DNA of 64,000 nucleotides, from contig OZ245015.1 of NCBI GenBank assembly GCA_965223705.1, positions 1,344,001 to 1,408,000 on the forward strand. The letters are read 5' to 3'. Shown piece after piece: positions 18,226 to 29,332 of this stretch (position 1 is its first letter; every line of letters starts with the position of its first letter). The stretch is from Myxococcota bacterium. GTDB lineage: Bacteria; Myxococcota_A; UBA9160; UBA6930. A program made the position numbers and the translations under genes. The notes beneath the pieces were generated by a model, which was not told where the DNA came from, made no database searches, and saw only the letters and a program-made list of their open reading frames with translations.

Positions 18226-19587
18226 ATGAATATCGTTCCGCTCCGTCGAGAAATCGACCAGATCGCCAAGGACAAAGGAATCGACCGCGCGACCATCGTC
18301 GACGCGCTGGAAGAAGCGATGCGCCAGGCGGCGCGCCGCAAGTTCGGCCAGGAGCGCGAGATCGAAGCGCGTTTCAACGATGAGCTCGGCGAAATCGAGC
18401 TGTTCGAATTCCGCGAAGTCGTCGAGAACGTCGACGATCCGAACACCCAGATCAGCTTGAGCGGGGCGCACGCGTTCGATCCCGAGGCCGAGCTCGGCGA
18501 CGAGATCGGCGTCAAGCTCGAGGCGGCTGGTTTCGGTCGGATCCTCGCGCAGACCGCGAAGCAAGTGATCATCCAGCGGGTTCGCGACGCCGAGCGCGAC
18601 ATCGTCTACGAGGAGTACAAGGACCGAAAGGGTGAGATCGTCAACGGCATCGTCCGACGCTTCGAAAAAGGCGCCATCATCGTCGACCTGGGGCGCGCCG
18701 AGGCGGTGATCCCGCCCAAGGACCAAGTGCCCCGCGAGACCTACCGCCCGGGCGATCGGATCCGGGCGTACGTGCGCGAGATCAATCGCGTGAGCAAAGG
18801 GCCGCAGATCGTGCTCTCCCGCAGCTGCATCGAGATGCTGACGAAGCTCTTCGAGCAGGAAGTCCCCGAGATGTACGAGGGCATCGTCACCATCGAGTCC
18901 GCCGCACGCGAGCCGGGGGCGCGCTCGAAGATCGCGGTCGCGTCGCGCGACGGCGATGTCGATCCCGTCGGCGCGTGCGTCGGCATGAAGGGCAGCCGTG
19001 TCCAGGCGGTGGTGCAAGAGCTCCGCGGCGAGCGGATCGACATCGTTCCGTGGAGCCCGGACACGGCGCGGTACGTGTGCAGCGCACTCGCGCCGGCGCA
19101 GGTTTCGAAGGTCATCATCGACGAGGCGGAAAAGTCGCTCGACGTCATCGTGCCCGACGATCAGCTCTCTCTCGCCATCGGGCGGAAAGGCCAAAACGTA
19201 CGGCTCGCCGTGCAGCTTTCGGGCTGGAAGATCGACATCAAGAGCGAATCGAAGATGCGCGAAGTGGCGCAGTGGATCGCCGAAGCGGTCTCCATCGTCG
19301 AGGGGTGCGGCGACCCGGAAGCCGAGCTCTTGCTGCAGCGCGGTATCACCTCTCTCGAGGATTTGGCCGCGTGTCAAACCGAATTGTTGGCGTCGCTGCC
19401 GGGTATCGATGAGGCGGGCGCCGAAGGCATCAAGGCGCGAGCGGCTGAGCTCGCGGTGCAAAAAGCCGCCGAGGCGGCAGAGGCAGCTGCGGCGGCAGAA
19501 GCTGAAGCGGCGCGCGAAGCGGCACTGGCTGCAGAAGCGCCTGCGGACGCGCCCACGGCAGGCGGAAGCGAGGAGGCGACCGCCTAG
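18226..19587 (+). CDS. nusA: Transcription termination/antitermination factor NusA
   Basis: FGRILAQTAKQVI.Q, AREPGARSKIAV, DPVGACVGMKGSRV, LSLAIGRKGQNVRLA. Confidence 0.98.
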   Translation: MNIVPLRREIDQIAKDKGIDRATIVDALEEAMRQAARRKFGQEREIEARFNDELGEIELFEFREVVENVDDPNTQISLSGAHAFDPEAELGDEIGVKLEAAGFGRILAQTAKQVIIQRVRDAERDIVYEEYKDRKGEIVNGIVRRFEKGAIIVDLGRAEAVIPPKDQVPRETYRPGDRIRAYVREINRVSKGPQIVLSRSCIEMLTKLFEQEVPEMYEGIVTIESAAREPGARSKIAVASRDGDVDPVGACVGMKGSRVQAVVQELRGERIDIVPWSPDTARYVCSALAPAQVSKVIIDEAEKSLDVIVPDDQLSLAIGRKGQNVRLAVQLSGWKIDIKSESKMREVAQWIAEAVSIVEGCGDPEAELLLQRGITSLEDLAACQTELLASLPGIDEAGAEGIKARAAELAVQKAAEAAEAAAAAEAEAAREAALAAEAPADAPTAGGSEEATA

Positions 19588-19598
19588 GCGGGAAACTT

Positions 19599-22091
19599 AT
19601 GGCGAATATCAGAGCCTACAAGCTCGCGGAAGAGCTCGGAATCGAGCGCAACGAGTTCGTCGACAAGGCGAAGACCTTGGGCGTCGACTTGAAGAGCGCC
19701 ATGGCCGCGATCGGGGAAGAGGAAGCCGCCATGCTTCGCGAGAAGCTCGGCGAGAAGCGCCGCAAGGACGTGACGGAAGCGCGCGTCGAGCGTCGTGGCG
19801 GCTCCGCCGTGATTCGCCGGCGGAAGCGAAAAGCGAAACCGGAACCGCCGCCGCCCCCGGAGCCCGAACCCGAGCCGGCGCCTGTCGAAGCGACTCCCGA
19901 AGAGCCCGCTGCGCCCGCGCCGCCCGTCGAGTCACCCGTCGTCGAGGAGCCGCCGCCCGTTCCCGAGCAGGTCGAGCCGGTGGAAGCGCCGCCGGTCGTC
20001 GCACCTCCGGTCGAGCCACAGCCCCCCGTCGCGACGCCCGAGGCGCCCGCGCCTGCGGTCGCCGCGTCCGCTGCGCCCGAGGCACCGGCCGCACCCGCAC
20101 CGGGCCCGGCCGAGTCGGGCGATCGCGGCCGCGTCGCGCCGGCGGACCGGAAAGGGACGAAGCGCAAGCAGTTCAAAGAAGTCGTCAACCTGCGCGAGCA
20201 GGAGCAGATCGCCCGCCAGGTCACCAGCCGTACCACCGGTCGGCAGCAACCGGTCATCGCGAACCCGAGAAACTTCGCCAGCCAAAAGCGACGCGGAAAG
20301 AAGGCCGCGCCCGCAGCGGCAGCGGCGCCGAAAGCCCAGAAGCGCGTCGTGCGCGTCGACGGCTCCATCAGCGTCGCCGAGCTCGCGAAACAGCTCGGTG
20401 CGAAAGCGGCAGACGTGCAGGGGCGCTTGATGGGGCTCGGCACGATGGTGTCAGTCAACCAAGCGATCGAGGCCTCGGTTGCCGCGGAAGTCGCCAAGCA
20501 GTTCGGTTTCGAAGTTCAGGACGTGGGCTTCCAAGAAGAGGCCGTCCTGTCTCAGACCACCGAAGAAACGAGCGAAGGGCAGCCGCGGCCCCCGGTGGTG
20601 ACGGTCATGGGACACGTCGACCACGGGAAAACGACGCTGCTCGACGCGTTGCGCGAAGCGAACGTGGTCGAGGGAGAAGCGGGCGGCATTACGCAGCACA
20701 TCGGTGCGTACCAGGCCCGGCTCGGTTCGAACGTCATCACCTTTATCGATACGCCGGGCCACGCGGCGTTCACCGCGATGCGTGCGCGCGGAGCTGAGGT
20801 GACGGACATCGTCATTCTCGTCATCGCGGCGACCGACGGCATCATGCCCCAGACCGTCGAGGCGATCGATCACGCGAAAGCCGCAGGAGTTCCGATCGTC
20901 GTCGCCGTGAACAAGACCGACCTGCCCGACGCGAACTCTCAGATGGCGCGTCAGCGACTGATGGAACACGACCTCGTCCCGGAAGAGTTCGGTGGCGACG
21001 TGCAGTGCATCGATATCTCGGCGCTGAAGAAGACCGGGCTCGATGCATTGCTCGAAGCCGTGGTGCTTCAGTCGGAGCTTCTGGAGCTTACGGGCGACGC
21101 GACCTTGCGCGCCGAAGGCGTGGTGCTCGAAGCGCAACTCGATCGCGGTCGCGGTCCCGTAGCGACCGTGCTCGTCAAGACCGGGACGCTCCATCGGGGA
21201 GACACGGTCGTCGTCGGCACCGTTTCGGGTCGCGTCCGCTCGATGCTGAACGAGCACGGCGAGAACCTGAAAGAGGCCGGCCCATCGACGCCCGTGCGTT
21301 TGGTGGGGCTCTCGGCGGTTCCCAGTGCGGGTGAAGCGTTCAACGTCGTCGAGTCCGAGCGCGTCGCCAAGCAGATCATCGCTCACCGGGAAGACGAGCG
21401 ACGGGCGACTCCCGAGGCCGCAGCGCGGCCCCAGGTGTCGCTTGAAGATCTCTTCGCGCAAGCGGAGGGCGACGGCCCGCGGGAGCTCAACGTCGTGGTG
21501 AAGGCCGACACACAGGGCTCGGCCGAAGCGCTCCGCGACTCGCTCCTCTCGATCGACAGCGACAAAGTCAATCTGTCGGTCATCCACAGCGCCGTCGGCG
21601 CCGTGACCGAGAGCGATGTTCAGCTCGCGAAGGCCAGCGACGCCATCGTTGTGGGTTTCCACGTTCGACCCGACAATGCCGGAAGAAAAGCCGCCGAGCA
21701 GATGGGTGTCGATGTACGCACGCACCAGATCATCTACGAAGCGATCGACAGTGTGCGCACGGCGATGGCCGGTTTGCTGCCGCCGAACACCGAGGAGAAG
21801 TACCTCGGCCGCGCGGAGGTCAAGCAGACGTTCACGATTCCGAAGACCGGAACGATCGCGGGAAGCCAAGTCACCGACGGCCTGATCCGGCGATCGGCGT
21901 CGTGTCGGCTGCTGCGGGACGGCGTCCAGATCTATCAGGGCAAGTTCTCGTCGCTGAAGCGCTTCAAGGACGACGCGCGGGAAGTCCAAAACGGCCTCGA
22001 GTGCGGTATCGGAATCGAGGGCTACAACGACGTCAAAGTCGGAGATGTGATCGAAGCCTTTGAGGTCGAGGAAAAGGCCGCCGAGCTCTAG
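19599..22091 (+). CDS. infB: Translation initiation factor IF-2
   Basis: [46 protein letters not shown]; Pro/Glu-rich N-terminal linker. Confidence 0.98.
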   Translation: MANIRAYKLAEELGIERNEFVDKAKTLGVDLKSAMAAIGEEEAAMLREKLGEKRRKDVTEARVERRGGSAVIRRRKRKAKPEPPPPPEPEPEPAPVEATPEEPAAPAPPVESPVVEEPPPVPEQVEPVEAPPVVAPPVEPQPPVATPEAPAPAVAASAAPEAPAAPAPGPAESGDRGRVAPADRKGTKRKQFKEVVNLREQEQIARQVTSRTTGRQQPVIANPRNFASQKRRGKKAAPAAAAAPKAQKRVVRVDGSISVAELAKQLGAKAADVQGRLMGLGTMVSVNQAIEASVAAEVAKQFGFEVQDVGFQEEAVLSQTTEETSEGQPRPPVVTVMGHVDHGKTTLLDALREANVVEGEAGGITQHIGAYQARLGSNVITFIDTPGHAAFTAMRARGAEVTDIVILVIAATDGIMPQTVEAIDHAKAAGVPIVVAVNKTDLPDANSQMARQRLMEHDLVPEEFGGDVQCIDISALKKTGLDALLEAVVLQSELLELTGDATLRAEGVVLEAQLDRGRGPVATVLVKTGTLHRGDTVVVGTVSGRVRSMLNEHGENLKEAGPSTPVRLVGLSAVPSAGEAFNVVESERVAKQIIAHREDERRATPEAAARPQVSLEDLFAQAEGDGPRELNVVVKADTQGSAEALRDSLLSIDSDKVNLSVIHSAVGAVTESDVQLAKASDAIVVGFHVRPDNAGRKAAEQMGVDVRTHQIIYEAIDSVRTAMAGLLPPNTEEKYLGRAEVKQTFTIPKTGTIAGSQVTDGLIRRSASCRLLRDGVQIYQGKFSSLKRFKDDAREVQNGLECGIGIEGYNDVKVGDVIEAFEVEEKAAEL

Positions 22092-22103
22092 GCGCGTCCG
22101 CCC

Positions 22104-22448
22104 ATGGTCGTCGGCGCAGCGCGGGTCGAGCTTTGGGTCGAGGGGTCGCGCTCGCTCAAACAAAAGCGGGGGGTGGTCCGCGCGATTGCCGCTCGCGTCA
22201 CAAACCGTTTCAATGTTTCACTCGCCGAGATCGAAGGGCAGGGTACGTGGCAAGTCGCCGTGCTGGGTGTGGCGGCCGTCGGCATGAGTGCGCAACCGCT
22301 CATGCGGCGTCTCGAGACGGTGATCGAGTTCATCGAGGAGCTTCACTTGGCCGAGGTGCGAGACCAGCAGATCGAAACCTGGTCGTTCGACGACGATCAC
22401 GATGGCGCGACCCTGGCCGACGGGTTCGCAGAAGAGGCCCCCGAATGA
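22104..22448 (+). CDS. DUF503 (YlxP-like) protein
   Basis: MVVG...EL...SRSLKQKR.VV...RFNVSLAE; conserved position between infB and rbfA. Confidence 0.88.
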   Translation: MVVGAARVELWVEGSRSLKQKRGVVRAIAARVTNRFNVSLAEIEGQGTWQVAVLGVAAVGMSAQPLMRRLETVIEFIEELHLAEVRDQQIETWSFDDDHDGATLADGFAEEAPE

Positions 22449-22816
22449 CGCGACGGACCGAACGCGTGGGTGAAGTGATCCGAGCGGAGATGGCGCGTCT
22501 CCTGCGAGAGGAAACGAGCGATCCGCGGATCCGGCTCGTCACCTTGACCCGAATCGACCTGTCGCCGGATTTTCGCAACGCCCGCGTGTATTGGAGCAGT
22601 CCCGATGTCGATTCCCCGGAGACTGCGCTCGCGATGGGCGAAGGGCTCGCCAGCGCTGCTGGCTTCCTGCGTCGTCGACTGGCGGGCGAGCTCGAGATCA
22701 AGCGGGTTCCGCAACTCGAGTTCCGACACGATCCCTCGCTCGCGCTGGCGACGGAGACCCTGGCGCTGCTCCGCAGCGTGACCCACTCGGAGGACGCGGG
22801 CGATGGCGCGGAATAG
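22445..22816 (+). CDS. rbfA: 30S ribosome-binding factor A
   Basis: RRTERVGE.IR, DPRI, DLSPDFRNARVY, AAGFLR, VPQLEF.HDPS. Confidence 0.95.
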   Translation: MTRRTERVGEVIRAEMARLLREETSDPRIRLVTLTRIDLSPDFRNARVYWSSPDVDSPETALAMGEGLASAAGFLRRRLAGELEIKRVPQLEFRHDPSLALATETLALLRSVTHSEDAGDGAE

Positions 22817-23741
22817 AAAGCGGCGAGAGCGTCCGGGACCGTCGGGTTTTCTGGTGGTCGACAAACCGAAAGGCATCACGTCTCACGACGTCGTCGACGC
22901 GGCGAGGCGGTGGTTCGGAACCCGTCGCATCGGACATTTGGGCACTCTCGATCCGTTGGCCACGGGCGTCTTGCCTCTGGCCGTGCGCGACGCGACGAAG
23001 CTCATCCCGTTCCTGCCCGAAGCGACGAAGCACTACAGCGGCACGATCCGCCTGGGCGAGGCGACGGATACCTTCGACGCCGAAGGGACGGTGATCAGCC
23101 GGCACGAGGGGCCTTTCCCGGAGCCCGAAACGGTGCGCCAGGTCCTCGCGGAATTCGAGGGCGACATCCTGCAACAGCCCCCGATGTTCAGTTCCGTGAA
23201 ACACGGCGGTGAGCCGCTCTACCGGTTGGCGAGACGCGGTGAGACCGTCGAACGCGAGCCGCGGAAAGTCCGGATCCACGAGATCTCGATGAAAGCCTAT
23301 ACGCCCCCCGACCTCGGCATCGACGTGCGCTGCACCCCGGGTACCTACGTTCGGGCCCTGGCGGATGATCTCGGTCAGCGCTTGGGGTGCGGCGCCCATC
23401 TCGCTGGATTGAGACGGCTCGCGAGCGGCTCGTTTTCGATCGAAGACGCGAAGACGCCGGAGGAACTCGACGCGTTGGCCGAAGCGGAGCTCGCCTCGGT
23501 CCTCGTCCCGCCGAACGAGGCTCTCGGAATCCCGGCGGTTCGAATACCCCGCGACGCCGTCGGCCGTGTCCGCAACGGCTCCGCCGTCCCGTGCCCACCG
23601 CTCGGCGGTCCTCCTCCGCGTCCGGGGGCCCGAGTGATGGTTGTGGACGACAACGAGCAAGGCGTCGCGCTGGGGGAAATTCGACCCGATCGTAAGATCC
23701 ATCCGCTGCGGGTGTTTCCGGCGGTAGAGCCTACGCATTGA
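22803..23741 (+). CDS. truB: tRNA pseudouridine(55) synthase
   Basis: VDKPKGITSHDVV, GHLGTLDPLATGVL, QPPMFSSVK, GTYVRAL. Confidence 0.97.
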   Translation: MARNRKRRERPGPSGFLVVDKPKGITSHDVVDAARRWFGTRRIGHLGTLDPLATGVLPLAVRDATKLIPFLPEATKHYSGTIRLGEATDTFDAEGTVISRHEGPFPEPETVRQVLAEFEGDILQQPPMFSSVKHGGEPLYRLARRGETVEREPRKVRIHEISMKAYTPPDLGIDVRCTPGTYVRALADDLGQRLGCGAHLAGLRRLASGSFSIEDAKTPEELDALAEAELASVLVPPNEALGIPAVRIPRDAVGRVRNGSAVPCPPLGGPPPRPGARVMVVDDNEQGVALGEIRPDRKIHPLRVFPAVEPTH

Positions 23742-23843
23742 CGCTCGGTTGCCCGGGCTTTTCGCCTCTGATAAACCTTCGCCGCTCGTCCGCCTTCGCG
23801 ACGGGTGGCTAGGCCGTAGAGGTGGGTGCCGAAAGGTCCGAAA

Positions 23844-24110
23844 GTGATTAGCGCCGAAAGCAAGCAACAGCTCATCGACAAATATCGAACGCACGAAAAG
23901 GACACCGGGTCGCCCGAGGTCCAGGTGGCGCTCCTCACGGAGCGGATCAACGGACTCCAGGATCACTTCCGCACCCACAAGAAGGATCATCACTCGCGGC
24001 GAGGGCTGCTCAAACTGGTCAGCCAGAGGCGTCGATTGCTGAACTACCTGCGGGGCTCATCGCAGGAGCGATATCAGTCGCTGATCGGGGAGCTCGGTCT
24101 CCGCCGCTAG
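23844..24110 (+). CDS. rpsO: 30S ribosomal protein S15
   Basis: [36 protein letters not shown] at 23844 gives 88 aa. Confidence 0.98.
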   Translation: MISAESKQQLIDKYRTHEKDTGSPEVQVALLTERINGLQDHFRTHKKDHHSRRGLLKLVSQRRRLLNYLRGSSQERYQSLIGELGLRR

Positions 24111-24121
24111 CGAAGCGAATT

Positions 24122-24140
24122 CCGCCTGAAAGGCAGGCGG
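24122..24140 (+). terminator. Hairpin immediately after rpsO
   Basis: CCGCCTG-AAAGG-CAGGCGG; no U-tract. Confidence 0.4.
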
Positions 24141-24204
24141 CCATCCCGCACGTGTCATCTGATGGGCAGAAGGCACACGATGTGGCGGGGTTAACAGTAA
24201 GGGC

Positions 24205-24302
24205 GCGTCCCCCGAGAGCGACGAATGTGGGAGTCGGTGATCGGCGAAGCTGGCCTTCTCCGATCCGCGATCCCGCATTCACGACCTAGGGCCCCCGGAC
24301 GC
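24205..24302 (+). promoter_or_regulatory. Long irregular stem-loop in the pnp leader (candidate RNase III site)
   Basis: Nested pairings GCGTCC/GGACGC, GAATGTGGGA/TCCCGCATTC and GATCGGCGAAG/CTTCTCCGATC. Confidence 0.6.
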
Positions 24303-24359
24303 CCCATCCAGTCGTACCGAAACCCCACTTCAACCCGGGGTGTCGGTTAAGGGAAACAC

Positions 24360-26546
24360 ATGCCGTATTGGTTCCACGCCGAATCCGTCACCGCGGAGAT
24401 CGGTGGACGAACGCTTCGAATCGAAACCGGAAAACTCGCGAAGCAAGCCGCTGGTGCTTGCGTCGTCACCTACGGCGACACCGCCGTCTTGGCGACGGTC
24501 GCCTGCGCGAAGCCGCGCGAAGGCGTCGATTTCTTTCCGCTCACCGTCGACTTCGTCGAGAAGACATCGGCCGCCGGTAAGATTCCGGGTGGCTTCTTCA
24601 AGCGCGAAGCGCGTCTCTCGGATCGAGAAATCCTCGTCTGTCGATTCATCGACCGCGCGTGCCGTCCGCTCTTCGACGACGGTTATCGAGACGAGACACA
24701 AATCATCTGCACCGTACTCGCCGCCGACGGCGTGAACTCGCCCGACATCCCGGCCTTCATCGGAGCGTCGGCCGCCTTGTCGATTTCGGGCCTGCCCTTC
24801 AACGGACCGATCGGCGCCGTTCGTGTGGGCCGGGTCGGAGGTGACTTCGTCACGAACCCGACGCCCGAGCAGAAGGAAGGCAGCGACTTCGATCTCGTGG
24901 TTGCGGGCAGCCGAAAGGCCCTGGTGATGGTCGAAGGTGGGGCCGACGAAGCCACCGAGCCGGAAGTGCTCTCCGCTTTGCAGTTCGCGCACGGCGAGAT
25001 TCTCCCGCTACTCGACGTTCAAGAGGAGCTTGTCAAGAAGGCCGGCAAGCCGCGCATGGTGATGCCGGATTCGGCGGACCACAGCGCGCTCGAGCAACGG
25101 ATTCGCGGTGCTGCGGAAGCGAAGCTTTCCGAAGCGGTACGGATTACGACCAAGGCCGAGCGCTACGCCGCGATCGACGAAGTCGAGTCCGCGGTGGTCG
25201 ACGAAATCGTGAGCGAGTACCGCAAGGAGAAAGTGCCCCTCGACAGCCTCGAAGCCGTGGAGGAACGGCGCGCCGGGTTGCGGGAGCTTTCGGGCAACAC
25301 GAAGCACATCCTGCACGATCTCCGCTCAGAGCTGATGCGCGAGCGAATCCTGGCGGAAGGCGTGCGGATCGACGGACGCTCGGCGAAAGACATTCGACCC
25401 ATCGCCGCTGAAGTGCGCGCTTTCCCGCGCGCCCACGGCGCCGCGCTCTTTACCCGCGGCGAGACCCAGGCGTTGGTCTACGCGACGCTGGGCAGCGCGA
25501 GCGACGCGCAGACCATCGACGCACTGACGGAGCGAACGCAAAAGCGCTTCATGCTCCACTACAACTTCCCTCCGTTTTCCGTAGGCGAAGCCCGGTTCCT
25601 GCGCGGCGCCTCGCGACGCGAGATCGGGCACGGACATCTGGCGGAGCGCGCGATTGCGCAGGTTCTCCCCGACGAAGAGGACTTTCCGTACACCGTGCGC
25701 GTGGTCTCGGAGACGCTCGAGTCGAACGGTTCCTCGTCGATGGCTTCGGTTTGCGGGGCCACCCTGGCCTTGCTCGATGCGGGCGTCGAACTCAAGGCGC
25801 CGGTGGCGGGTATCGCCATGGGCCTCATCGAAGACGGCGACCGCTACGCGGTGTTGTCCGACATCCTGGGCGACGAGGACCACTTGGGCGACATGGACTT
25901 CAAAGTCGCCGGTACGACCAAGGGCGTCACCGCTCTTCAGATGGACATCAAGATCGACGCCGTGAACTGGAAGGTCATGGAAGAAGCCCTCGCCCAGGCG
26001 AAAGAGGGACGTCTTCACATCCTTTCGTGCATGGAGAGCGAGACCCGCGAACTCTTGGGCGGCGAGTTCGCGGCACGGGAAGATCTCTCGGAGTGGGCCC
26101 CGCGCCTCGAGGTGCTGCAGGTCAAGCCCGATCGTATCCGCGACATCATCGGGCCCGGCGGCCGCGTGATTCGCGGCATCCAGGACATGACCGGCGCGAA
26201 GGTCGATATCGACGACTCGGGCGAGGTCACCATCTTCTCGCCGGATCGCGCGGCGCTCGAACGCGCCCAAGCGATGATCGAAGAGCTGACCCAGGAAGCC
26301 GAGCTGGGCAAGACGTACTGGGGCAAGGTCAAGCGCGTGACCGACTTCGGCGCTTTCGTGGAGATCTTCCCGGGCACCGACGGATTGATCCACATCAGCC
26401 ATTTGGCCGAAGCGCGTGTGGAGAAGGTCACCGACGTCGTCGCCGAAGGGGACGAAGTGCTCGCCAAGTGCATCGATATCGATCCGAGCGGCCGCATCCG
26501 ACTGTCTCGGAAGGAAGCGCTCGCCGAGGCGATGACCGCCGACTAG
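24360..26546 (+). CDS. pnp: Polyribonucleotide nucleotidyltransferase
   Basis: DFFPLTVD, GKIPGGFFKRE, FTRGETQAL, ESNGSSSMASVCG, DHLGDMDFKVAG, plus KH and S1 domains. Confidence 0.98.
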   Translation: MPYWFHAESVTAEIGGRTLRIETGKLAKQAAGACVVTYGDTAVLATVACAKPREGVDFFPLTVDFVEKTSAAGKIPGGFFKREARLSDREILVCRFIDRACRPLFDDGYRDETQIICTVLAADGVNSPDIPAFIGASAALSISGLPFNGPIGAVRVGRVGGDFVTNPTPEQKEGSDFDLVVAGSRKALVMVEGGADEATEPEVLSALQFAHGEILPLLDVQEELVKKAGKPRMVMPDSADHSALEQRIRGAAEAKLSEAVRITTKAERYAAIDEVESAVVDEIVSEYRKEKVPLDSLEAVEERRAGLRELSGNTKHILHDLRSELMRERILAEGVRIDGRSAKDIRPIAAEVRAFPRAHGAALFTRGETQALVYATLGSASDAQTIDALTERTQKRFMLHYNFPPFSVGEARFLRGASRREIGHGHLAERAIAQVLPDEEDFPYTVRVVSETLESNGSSSMASVCGATLALLDAGVELKAPVAGIAMGLIEDGDRYAVLSDILGDEDHLGDMDFKVAGTTKGVTALQMDIKIDAVNWKVMEEALAQAKEGRLHILSCMESETRELLGGEFAAREDLSEWAPRLEVLQVKPDRIRDIIGPGGRVIRGIQDMTGAKVDIDDSGEVTIFSPDRAALERAQAMIEELTQEAELGKTYWGKVKRVTDFGAFVEIFPGTDGLIHISHLAEARVEKVTDVVAEGDEVLAKCIDIDPSGRIRLSRKEALAEAMTAD

Positions 26547-26561
26547 GAGCCACCGACCGCC

Positions 26562-27026
26562 ATGGCGCCCCCCCCGCCCCGCGTCTCGATCAAGCGTGTT
26601 CCCGGCAACGAGGATCTCGCGCTGCCGGCGTACGCGACCCCGGGCGCGGCCGGCCTCGATCTGCCGGCGGCCGTCGGCCCGGGCTGCGTGATCAAGCCCG
26701 GAGAGCGGACCCGCGTGCCGACGGGCTTTGCGATCGCGCTGCCGGAGGGCTTCGAGGCGCAGATCCGTCCCCGAAGCGGCTTGGCGGCACGCACAGGACT
26801 CCTCATCCCGAACGCTCCAGGTACGATAGATTCCGATTACCGGGGGGAGATCCAAGTGCTTCTGTGGAACGCGGGTCCGGAGGAAGAGACGCTTTCGCGC
26901 GGCGATCGCATCGCTCAGCTGGTGATCGCTCCCGTCGTCCAGGTCGAACTCGTCCCGGTAGACGAACTTCCTGCCACCGAGCGGGGAGACGGCGGCTTCG
27001 GTCACACAGGTCAGGGAGCCCGGTGA
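26562..27026 (+). CDS. dut: dUTP diphosphatase
   Basis: [43 protein letters not shown]. Confidence 0.97.
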   Translation: MAPPPPRVSIKRVPGNEDLALPAYATPGAAGLDLPAAVGPGCVIKPGERTRVPTGFAIALPEGFEAQIRPRSGLAARTGLLIPNAPGTIDSDYRGEIQVLLWNAGPEEETLSRGDRIAQLVIAPVVQVELVPVDELPATERGDGGFGHTGQGAR

Positions 27027-28021
27027 GCGGTTCGTCCTCGGACGCCCCGCCGTTCCCGCCGCCGCTCGGCAGCGAACCGGTCCGCCCGCGCCCGCCCACT
27101 CCCGAAGGGCAGACGGGGCCGCGCAGGAATCACAGCAACCTGACGTTGCGCCTCGTCACGGCGGCACTTCTGATCCCGCCGGTCTTGTTCGCCATCTACC
27201 GAGGCGGCGCTTGGGTGCTCGGGTGCGTGGTCGCGGCGACGCTCCTCGCATTGCGCGAGTTCTACGATTTGATCGAAGAGAAAGGCGCGCATCCGATTCG
27301 CGGCTTCGGCTACGTCGCGGGCGCGGCTCTGCCCGTGCTGGCCTTCCTCGGCGCACAGGAACAAGCGCTCGTGCTGTTCACCCTCGTGTTGCTTTCGATG
27401 ATGCTGGTTCAGCTGACGAAGGCGCGGATCGGCGAGGCGTTGGGGAGTATCTCGGGCACGTTCTTCGGCGTCTTCTACATCGGGTGGTTGCTCTCCTATG
27501 CCGTGGTCTTGCGCGAGTTCCACGCCTCCGTAGCCAGCACGCGCTGGGGCGAGAGCCTCGCCGAGCGGATGCACCCCGAGGTCGGCGCTTTCTACCTCTT
27601 TTTCACCATCACGATCGTCGTTCTGGGCGACTGCGGGGCTTACTTTGCGGGTCGGGCGTACGGTCGACGTCGCTTGGCACCGCGGATCAGCCCCGGCAAG
27701 ACGGTCGAGGGCGCGCTCGGCGCCCTGGCCGCCGGAACCCTCGGTGGGCTGGCGGTGAAGGAGGCGTTCGACATTTTCGCTCCGGCGCTCTCCTACGAAC
27801 TTTCTTTCCCGATGGCCGGGGTCCTCGGGTTTCTCCTGGCACTGGTCGGGATGTTGGGAGATCTCGTCGAATCGCTTCTCAAGCGAGACGCGAAGGTGAA
27901 AGACAGCGGTCGATTGCTGCCCGGGACCGGCGGCGTACTCGACCGCATCGATTCAAACCTGTTGGCGATTCCGGTGATGTATCACCTGCTACTCGCCTAC
28001 ACCTACTTCAAGGTCGATTGA
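27023..28021 (+). CDS. cdsA: Phosphatidate cytidylyltransferase
   Basis: Multi-[50 protein letters not shown]; Pro-rich N-terminus. Confidence 0.95.
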   Translation: MSGSSSDAPPFPPPLGSEPVRPRPPTPEGQTGPRRNHSNLTLRLVTAALLIPPVLFAIYRGGAWVLGCVVAATLLALREFYDLIEEKGAHPIRGFGYVAGAALPVLAFLGAQEQALVLFTLVLLSMMLVQLTKARIGEALGSISGTFFGVFYIGWLLSYAVVLREFHASVASTRWGESLAERMHPEVGAFYLFFTITIVVLGDCGAYFAGRAYGRRRLAPRISPGKTVEGALGALAAGTLGGLAVKEAFDIFAPALSYELSFPMAGVLGFLLALVGMLGDLVESLLKRDAKVKDSGRLLPGTGGVLDRIDSNLLAIPVMYHLLLAYTYFKVD

Positions 28022-28024
28022 TCG

Positions 28025-29332
28025 ATGATCGAACGCTACTCCCGACCCGAGATGTCGGCGATCTGGAGCGATCAGGGACGCTTCGAACGCTGGCTCGCGG
28101 TAGAAATCGCCGTCTGCGAAGTCCTCGCCGAACGGGGAGAGATTCCGGCAGAAGCGGTCGCCGAAATCCGCGAGCGCGCGAACTTTGATCCCGCCCGCAT
28201 CGCGGAGATCGAAGCCGAGGTTCGTCACGACGTCATCGCTTTTCTCACGAACGTCGCGGAATACGTCGGACCCTCGTCGCGGTTCGTGCACTACGGTATG
28301 ACCTCGAGCGACGTGCTCGATACGTCGCTGGCCCTCCAGATCCGCGATGCCGGGAAACTCCTCCTCGACGGGCTCGACCGCATGATTCGCGTGCTCCGCG
28401 AACGGGCGCTCGAGCACCGTCACACCGTGATGGTCGGGCGTACGCACGGCGTTCACGCAGAACCGACGACCTTCGGTCTCAAGTTGTTGGTTTTCTTCGA
28501 AGAGTTCCGCAGAGGGCGGAACCGTTTCGAGGCGGCCCTGGCCGAAGCTTCCGTGGGGAAGATCTCGGGCGCCGTCGGAACCTTCGCGCATCTCGACCCG
28601 GAGATCGAAGAGGCCGTCTGTCGGAAGCTGTCGATCGGCTTCGAGCCGGTGTCGACCCAAGTCGTGCAGCGCGATCGGCACGCGGCTTTCCAGACGGCCC
28701 TGGCCTTGATCGCCTCGACCATCGAAAAAGTGGCCGTCGAGTTCCGACATTTAGCGCGCACCGAAGTCGGCGAAGTGGAAGAGGAGTTCGGCAAAGGGCA
28801 AAAGGGATCGTCCGCGATGCCCCACAAACGAAACCCGTGGCGATTCGAGAACGTGACGGGTTTGGCGCGGCTCGTTCGAAACTACGCCGGCGCCGCCCTT
28901 GAAAACCAAGCCCTCTGGCACGAGCGCGACATCAGCAATTCTTCCGTCGAGCGCGTCATCTTCCCCGACGCGACCATCCTCGTCGATTTCATGTTGCACC
29001 GCATGGCGGGTTTGACGGAGAGCCTCGTGGTGCGGCCCGATCGCATGCGCGAGAACCTCGAGTTCTCGAGGGGATTGGTCTTCAGCGGTACGCTCCTGCT
29101 CGAGCTGTCGCGAAGCGGGATCTCGCGCGAAGAGGCCTACCGGTTGGTTCAGCGCCACGCCATGGACACGTGGGATCAGGGCGGATCGTTCCAGGATCGT
29201 ATCCACAGTGATCCCGAGATCGGCGCTCACTTGACCAAGGAAGAGATCGAACGGGCGTTCGATCTCGGGCACGCACTGCGCAACGTCGATCACATCTTCC
29301 GCCGCGTCTTGGGTTCGGAGTTCGCCTCATGA
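28025..29332 (+). CDS. purB: Adenylosuccinate lyase
   Basis: MIERYSRPEM, RHDVIAF, GRTHGVHAEPTTFG, GSSAMPHKRNP, WHERDIS. Confidence 0.97.
   Translation: MIERYSRPEMSAIWSDQGRFERWLAVEIAVCEVLAERGEIPAEAVAEIRERANFDPARIAEIEAEVRHDVIAFLTNVAEYVGPSSRFVHYGMTSSDVLDTSLALQIRDAGKLLLDGLDRMIRVLRERALEHRHTVMVGRTHGVHAEPTTFGLKLLVFFEEFRRGRNRFEAALAEASVGKISGAVGTFAHLDPEIEEAVCRKLSIGFEPVSTQVVQRDRHAAFQTALALIASTIEKVAVEFRHLARTEVGEVEEEFGKGQKGSSAMPHKRNPWRFENVTGLARLVRNYAGAALENQALWHERDISNSSVERVIFPDATILVDFMLHRMAGLTESLVVRPDRMRENLEFSRGLVFSGTLLLELSRSGISREEAYRLVQRHAMDTWDQGGSFQDRIHSDPEIGAHLTKEEIERAFDLGHALRNVDHIFRRVLGSEFAS

Noticed and set aside
19840..20110. Repetitive Pro/Glu/Ala-coding DNA in infB (and the Ala/Glu tail of nusA)
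   Set aside because: Ordinary low-complexity linkers within intact genes, not a repeat array or CRISPR.
26568..26575. C8 run at the start of dut as a phase-variation site
   Set aside because: It encodes a poly-Pro stretch in an intact housekeeping gene, and such runs are expected by chance at this GC content.
25751..28021. Over-extended ORF starts suggesting fusions (756-aa 'cdsA'; likewise the extended purF, pyrK, rbr, ispH and clpS ORFs)
   Set aside because: The N-terminal extensions overlap upstream genes in another frame and look non-coding. Family motifs begin at downstream starts that have an SD, a stop/start overlap or a leaderless -10 box.
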